In this document: positions 60,818 to 64,000 of the stretch, piece by piece
Layout: every line of letters starts with the position of its first letter
Numbering within the stretch: the stretch's first letter is position 1
Assembly (NCBI GenBank): GCA_964561135.1
Contig: CAZLOB010000022.1
Span: 5,718-69,717 of the forward strand
Source of the DNA: an uncultured Elusimicrobia bacterium
GTDB taxonomy: Bacteria > Elusimicrobiota > Endomicrobiia > DTEH01
Direction: 5' to 3'
Length of the DNA: 64,000 bases
Notes under the pieces: generated by a model
The model's input: only the letters and a program-made list of their open reading frames with translations
What the model was told of the DNA's origin: nothing
The model's database searches: none
Program-made: the position numbers and the translations under genes

Positions 60818-61631
60818 ATACTAACCAAAATTCTGATGATGTCAAATCAATTTTGTTTTTTAGAAACTCGTATGCATTAGCTTTGTTTATTGCAACTTCA
60901 ATATATCCGATAGAATTAACGTATGCTAAAAATTCTTTTTCTTTTACATCTGCATAACATTTTTTAATTTTGGCCTTAAACATAGGTTTATTTTTATAAC
61001 AAATTGTAAGATAATATCTCTCAATTTTGTTTTTATTTAATACTTCTTCAGGTAAAGATGTAATGATATTCCCGAAACTATCACTAAAAAGATATTTTCC
61101 AACAACAATTTTTTTATTACCAAGTTTTTTTATTTCATAAGAAAAGTTTTGTAGTGTTATAATTTTTGATTTTTCAAATTTTTCACAAATTTTTTTAATA
61201 GGCACATTTTTAGATATATAAGCACCTACAGGTGAAAAAATATCCCGTCCATGGAAAGTATTACTTATTTTAGGTAAAAAAAATTTTGTGTTAACTATTT
61301 TATAAACTGAATAATTTTTTTCTTTATCTATCACTTTTGTTATTAATCCATTATTGGGTACAATAAAAACATAAAATCTTGTCTTTATCAAAAGTATTTC
61401 TCTTTCACTTCCTACTCCAGGGTCAACTACACATACAAAAATACTTCCTCTCGGAAAAAACTCATAAGATTTTGCAAGGATAACTGATGCTTGTAGAACA
61501 TTTTGTGGTGCAATATTATGACAAAGATCAATTATTTCTGCATTAGGATTTATCTTTTTAATTACTCCTTTCATTTGGCCAATATAAAAGTCGTTATTGA
61601 AATCTGTCAACAAAACAATAGGCCTTTTCAT
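60810..61631 (-). CDS. DUF62-family SAM hydrolase (SAM hydroxide adenosyltransferase-like)
   Basis: LLTDF, GQMKGVI, VVDPGVG and SNTFHGRDIFSPV motifs, typical of the fluorinase/chlorinase-related DUF62 family. Confidence 0.8.
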   Translation of the reverse strand: MKRPIVLLTDFNNDFYIGQMKGVIKKINPNAEIIDLCHNIAPQNVLQASVILAKSYEFFPRGSIFVCVVDPGVGSEREILLIKTRFYVFIVPNNGLITKVIDKEKNYSVYKIVNTKFFLPKISNTFHGRDIFSPVGAYISKNVPIKKICEKFEKSKIITLQNFSYEIKKLGNKKIVVGKYLFSDSFGNIITSLPEEVLNKNKIERYYLTICYKNKPMFKAKIKKCYADVKEKEFLAYVNSIGYIEVAINKANAYEFLKNKIDLTSSEFWLVYE

Positions 61632-62335
61632 TTTATATAATACAAGGTCCTGTGTAACTGAGGAATTATATGTATTGATGGTACATATCTTTTTGCTTTC
61701 CTAAAAATTTCAACAAGATTAAAAAAAAGTTTTCTATTTCTTTTTTTTAATGCTGAAGTTTCCGGCTGTAATACCAAAATTTTTGGTTTTGCATTTTTTA
61801 AAAGATGACAAATTTTTTTTAATGTATTTTTTTTATACCACGCTCTCCCACAAACCACCATCTTTATAAAAAACTTCTTATTTTTATTCTTACATAAACT
61901 AATAACTTTTTCAGCTTCACGCAGTGTATTTTTTTTATTTAAATCATCATCTGGAATTTTGACATTAACTGCGCAAACATCTATAAGATCTATTATTTTT
62001 TCAAATTGGTTTAATGATGAAGCATTTGTTTCTAAATAAATTTTTACTCTACAATTTTTTATAATCTCTTTTATAAAAAACGGTAGATCTTTTTGTAGCA
62101 AAGGTTCACCACCTGTTAAACTTATAAACTCAGGTCTATATTTTTTAACATATTCCAAAACTTTTTTAACAGCAACATTTAATTCAACTTTATCCTTTGA
62201 TGAAACTTTTTTTGCATATTTTGTATCACAATAACAACAACTAAGATTACATCCTGCAAACCTTACAAACACCGTTGGGCAACCAATATAAGGACCTTCA
62301 GCTTGGTAAGAAAAGAAAATTTCTTTAATGTTCAT
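61628..62335 (-). CDS. queE: 7-carboxy-7-deazaguanine synthase (radical SAM)
   Basis: QAEGPYIG and Cx3Cx2C (CNLSCCYC). It sits in a queD-queC-queE context. Confidence 0.85.
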   Translation of the reverse strand: MNIKEIFFSYQAEGPYIGCPTVFVRFAGCNLSCCYCDTKYAKKVSSKDKVELNVAVKKVLEYVKKYRPEFISLTGGEPLLQKDLPFFIKEIIKNCRVKIYLETNASSLNQFEKIIDLIDVCAVNVKIPDDDLNKKNTLREAEKVISLCKNKNKKFFIKMVVCGRAWYKKNTLKKICHLLKNAKPKILVLQPETSALKKRNRKLFFNLVEIFRKAKRYVPSIHIIPQLHRTLYYIK

Positions 62336-63000
62336 TTTTTATCCAATGGATCAACAAGCCCTGCTTTTTTAAACCCCATTTTACGAAACCTGCAAGAGTC
62401 ACAACTTCCACAAGGTCTTTTTGCACCTTTATAACAACTCCATGTGTTTTGCAAAGGGACACCAAGTTTTACTGCTAATTTAACAATTTCTTCTTTTGTC
62501 AAATTGATAAGTGGAGCAACAATTTTTATTTTTTTACCACTTACACCCTTCTTTGTTCCAACATTTATCATTTTTTGGAAAGCGTCAACAAACTCTTGCC
62601 TACAGTCAGGATATCCAGAAAAATCAATTTGGTTTGCTCCAAAAAAAATGTAATTAGCATCTATTACTTCTGCCAAAGATGTTGCAAACGATAAAAATAT
62701 TATATTTCTTGCAGGAACATAAGTTAACGGGATTACATTTTTGTGTTTGCTTTTAGTCAACTTAAGTTTTTTATTAATTAACGAACTACCTTTCCAAGGT
62801 AGACCAAATTTTACAACATAGTATTTCAACCCTAAACTTTTAGCAATTTTTTTTGCACAATAAATTTCTTTTTTATGTCTTTGTCCATAGTCAAATATAA
62901 GGCACACAGGCTTATATCCTTGCTTAATTACATAATAAAGAGTGGTAGTAGAATCTAACCCGCCAGAAAGTAAAACAACACATTTTTTATTCTTCTTCAT
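62332..63000 (-). CDS. queC: 7-cyano-7-deazaguanine synthase
   Basis: PP-loop LLSGGLDS and the C-terminal Zn motif CGSCDSC. Confidence 0.9.
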   Translation of the reverse strand: MKKNKKCVVLLSGGLDSTTTLYYVIKQGYKPVCLIFDYGQRHKKEIYCAKKIAKSLGLKYYVVKFGLPWKGSSLINKKLKLTKSKHKNVIPLTYVPARNIIFLSFATSLAEVIDANYIFFGANQIDFSGYPDCRQEFVDAFQKMINVGTKKGVSGKKIKIVAPLINLTKEEIVKLAVKLGVPLQNTWSCYKGAKRPCGSCDSCRFRKMGFKKAGLVDPLDKK

Positions 63001-63373
63001 AACTCGCGTACTGGGTTGGTGTTTCCCACACGATAACCTTTATTTTTTGTATATTTTTATATTTTAAAAGTTTCTCTTTTAATTTTTCGTATATAAACTT
63101 TGCAATATTTTCTGCAGTTGGTTGATTATTTTTAAAAAATGGAAGGTTGTTTAAATATTTATGGTCTAACTGGTATAAAATTTTGTTCAAAACTTTTTTT
63201 AATTTCACAAAATCTATTACCATTTGTTGAGTGTTTAACTTTGTAGATGAAACGATAACCCCTACTTTCCAATTATGTCCATGTAGATTCTCACATTTAC
63301 CTTTATATAATTTCAAATGATGTGCAGCAGAAAAACTGTTTTCTACATATACTTCAAATTTATTCACTTTCAT
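62987..63373 (-). CDS. queD: 6-carboxy-5,6,7,8-tetrahydropterin synthase
   Basis: PTPS fold with FSAAHHL and the CENLHGHNW motif. 128 aa. Confidence 0.9.
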   Translation of the reverse strand: MKVNKFEVYVENSFSAAHHLKLYKGKCENLHGHNWKVGVIVSSTKLNTQQMVIDFVKLKKVLNKILYQLDHKYLNNLPFFKNNQPTAENIAKFIYEKLKEKLLKYKNIQKIKVIVWETPTQYASYEEE

Positions 63374-64000
63374 TCAATTTTAACTTTTTTAACATATTTT
63401 ATTTCTTGACCTAATAACAACGATCCTATTTTTTTAAAACTTTCAGGATTGTCAGAAACAAAAAATTTATATTTTGGTTTGTTATTCCTAAATTTACACA
63501 ATTTATTTTCTTCAAGAATTTTTTTAACTTCTTTTGCTGTTTCTAACGACGAATCCACAACAGTAACATTTTTACCAATTATATCTTGAATTATATTTTT
63601 TATTGCAGGATAATGAGTACAACCTAATACTAAAACATCAATACCAAAATTTTTTAAAGGTGCTAAATACTCAGCTGATAGTTGTCTTAAAATATTTTCA
63701 TGGTTTATTGTTTGATAATAGTCACTATTTATAAGTTGAAGTTTATCAATCCATCCTTCTTCTATTAAAGGGACAAACAAAGGTGTTGGTTGGCAAAAAA
63801 TTTTTGCCTTATTACAAATTTTTTTAATCGCTTTTATATATGATTTGCTTTTTATAGTTGCTTTTGTACCGATTACTCCAATTTTATAATTTTTTGTGTA
63901 TTCAACAGCAGCCCTAGCACCAGGAGTGACAACTTCTACTATTTTGAGATTTTTAAACATTTTTTTTAACATTGGGATAGCATATGATGATGAAGTATTA
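63370..64000 (-). CDS. murI: glutamate racemase, C-terminal part (5' end outside window)
   Basis: The frame is open to the window edge (..NTSSSYAIPML..). It has the second catalytic Cys context (LVLGCTHYP). The start is not in the window. Confidence 0.85.
   Translation of the reverse strand, partial: NTSSSYAIPMLKKMFKNLKIVEVVTPGARAAVEYTKNYKIGVIGTKATIKSKSYIKAIKKICNKAKIFCQPTPLFVPLIEEGWIDKLQLINSDYYQTINHENILRQLSAEYLAPLKNFGIDVLVLGCTHYPAIKNIIQDIIGKNVTVVDSSLETAKEVKKILEENKLCKFRNNKPKYKFFVSDNPESFKKIGSLLLGQEIKYVKKVKIE

Overview
This is a visibly AT-rich, very tightly packed bacterial chromosomal segment made up almost entirely of housekeeping genes. I did not compute GC content. Many adjacent genes overlap by 1-61 nt, often as ATGA or TAATG junctions.

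**Plus strand, 1-50.6 kb**
- Phosphate uptake and regulation: pstA (partial), pstB, phoU, followed by a capA-like gene.
- prfB with a programmed +1 frameshift.
- An aromatic amino acid block: pheA, hisC, a half-size TSUP gene, DAHP synthase, tyrA and aroA.
- ispH, an M23 peptidase, and rpmE-prfA-prmC-murA.
- hisD-hisB, cimA, and ilvD-GT4-ilvB-folD followed by an AcsD-like gene.
- scpB, then a TIM-barrel/GalT-like/HEAT-repeat/TlpA-like cassette.
- comF, miaB, and mutS-PilZ-mutL-miaA-hflX.
- pgsA-like, plsY, gpsA, HU, a MerR regulator, purH, suhB and radC.
- A small Cys-rich protein, an ACT-less aspartokinase, queH and aroD.
- The only minus-strand items in this stretch are panC-trxA and tRNA-Gly. 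tRNA-Pro lies on the plus strand.

**Minus strand, 50.9-64 kb**
- murI (partial), then queD-queC-queE, a DUF62 SAM hydrolase, an RlmI-like methyltransferase and queF.
- murC-murB-ddl-ftsQ-ftsA-ftsZ-pilT-pgeF.

**What I did not find**
I found no CRISPR array, transposase or integrase, prophage, toxin-antitoxin pair, recognisable defence system or rRNA. I cannot honestly claim a clearly novel multi-gene system.

**Most noteworthy observations**
1. A dif-like XerCD site sits in the only long intergenic gap, exactly at the convergent strand switch. The window probably spans the replication terminus.
2. The prfB frameshift cassette uses CTT TAA C instead of the canonical CTT TGA C.
3. RF1 and RF2 share an unusually similar and atypical GGQ domain ([12 protein letters not shown]).
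4. FtsZ carries GKGTGTG in place of the near-invariant GGGTGTG tubulin signature.
5. A translationally coupled preQ1 operon contains a DUF62 SAM hydrolase and a PUA-type methyltransferase between queE and queF, and is itself inserted between murI and murC.
6. Several isolated oddities: an ACT-less aspartokinase, an orphan AcsD next to folD, a PilZ gene between mutS and mutL, and an uncharacterised GalT/HEAT cassette.
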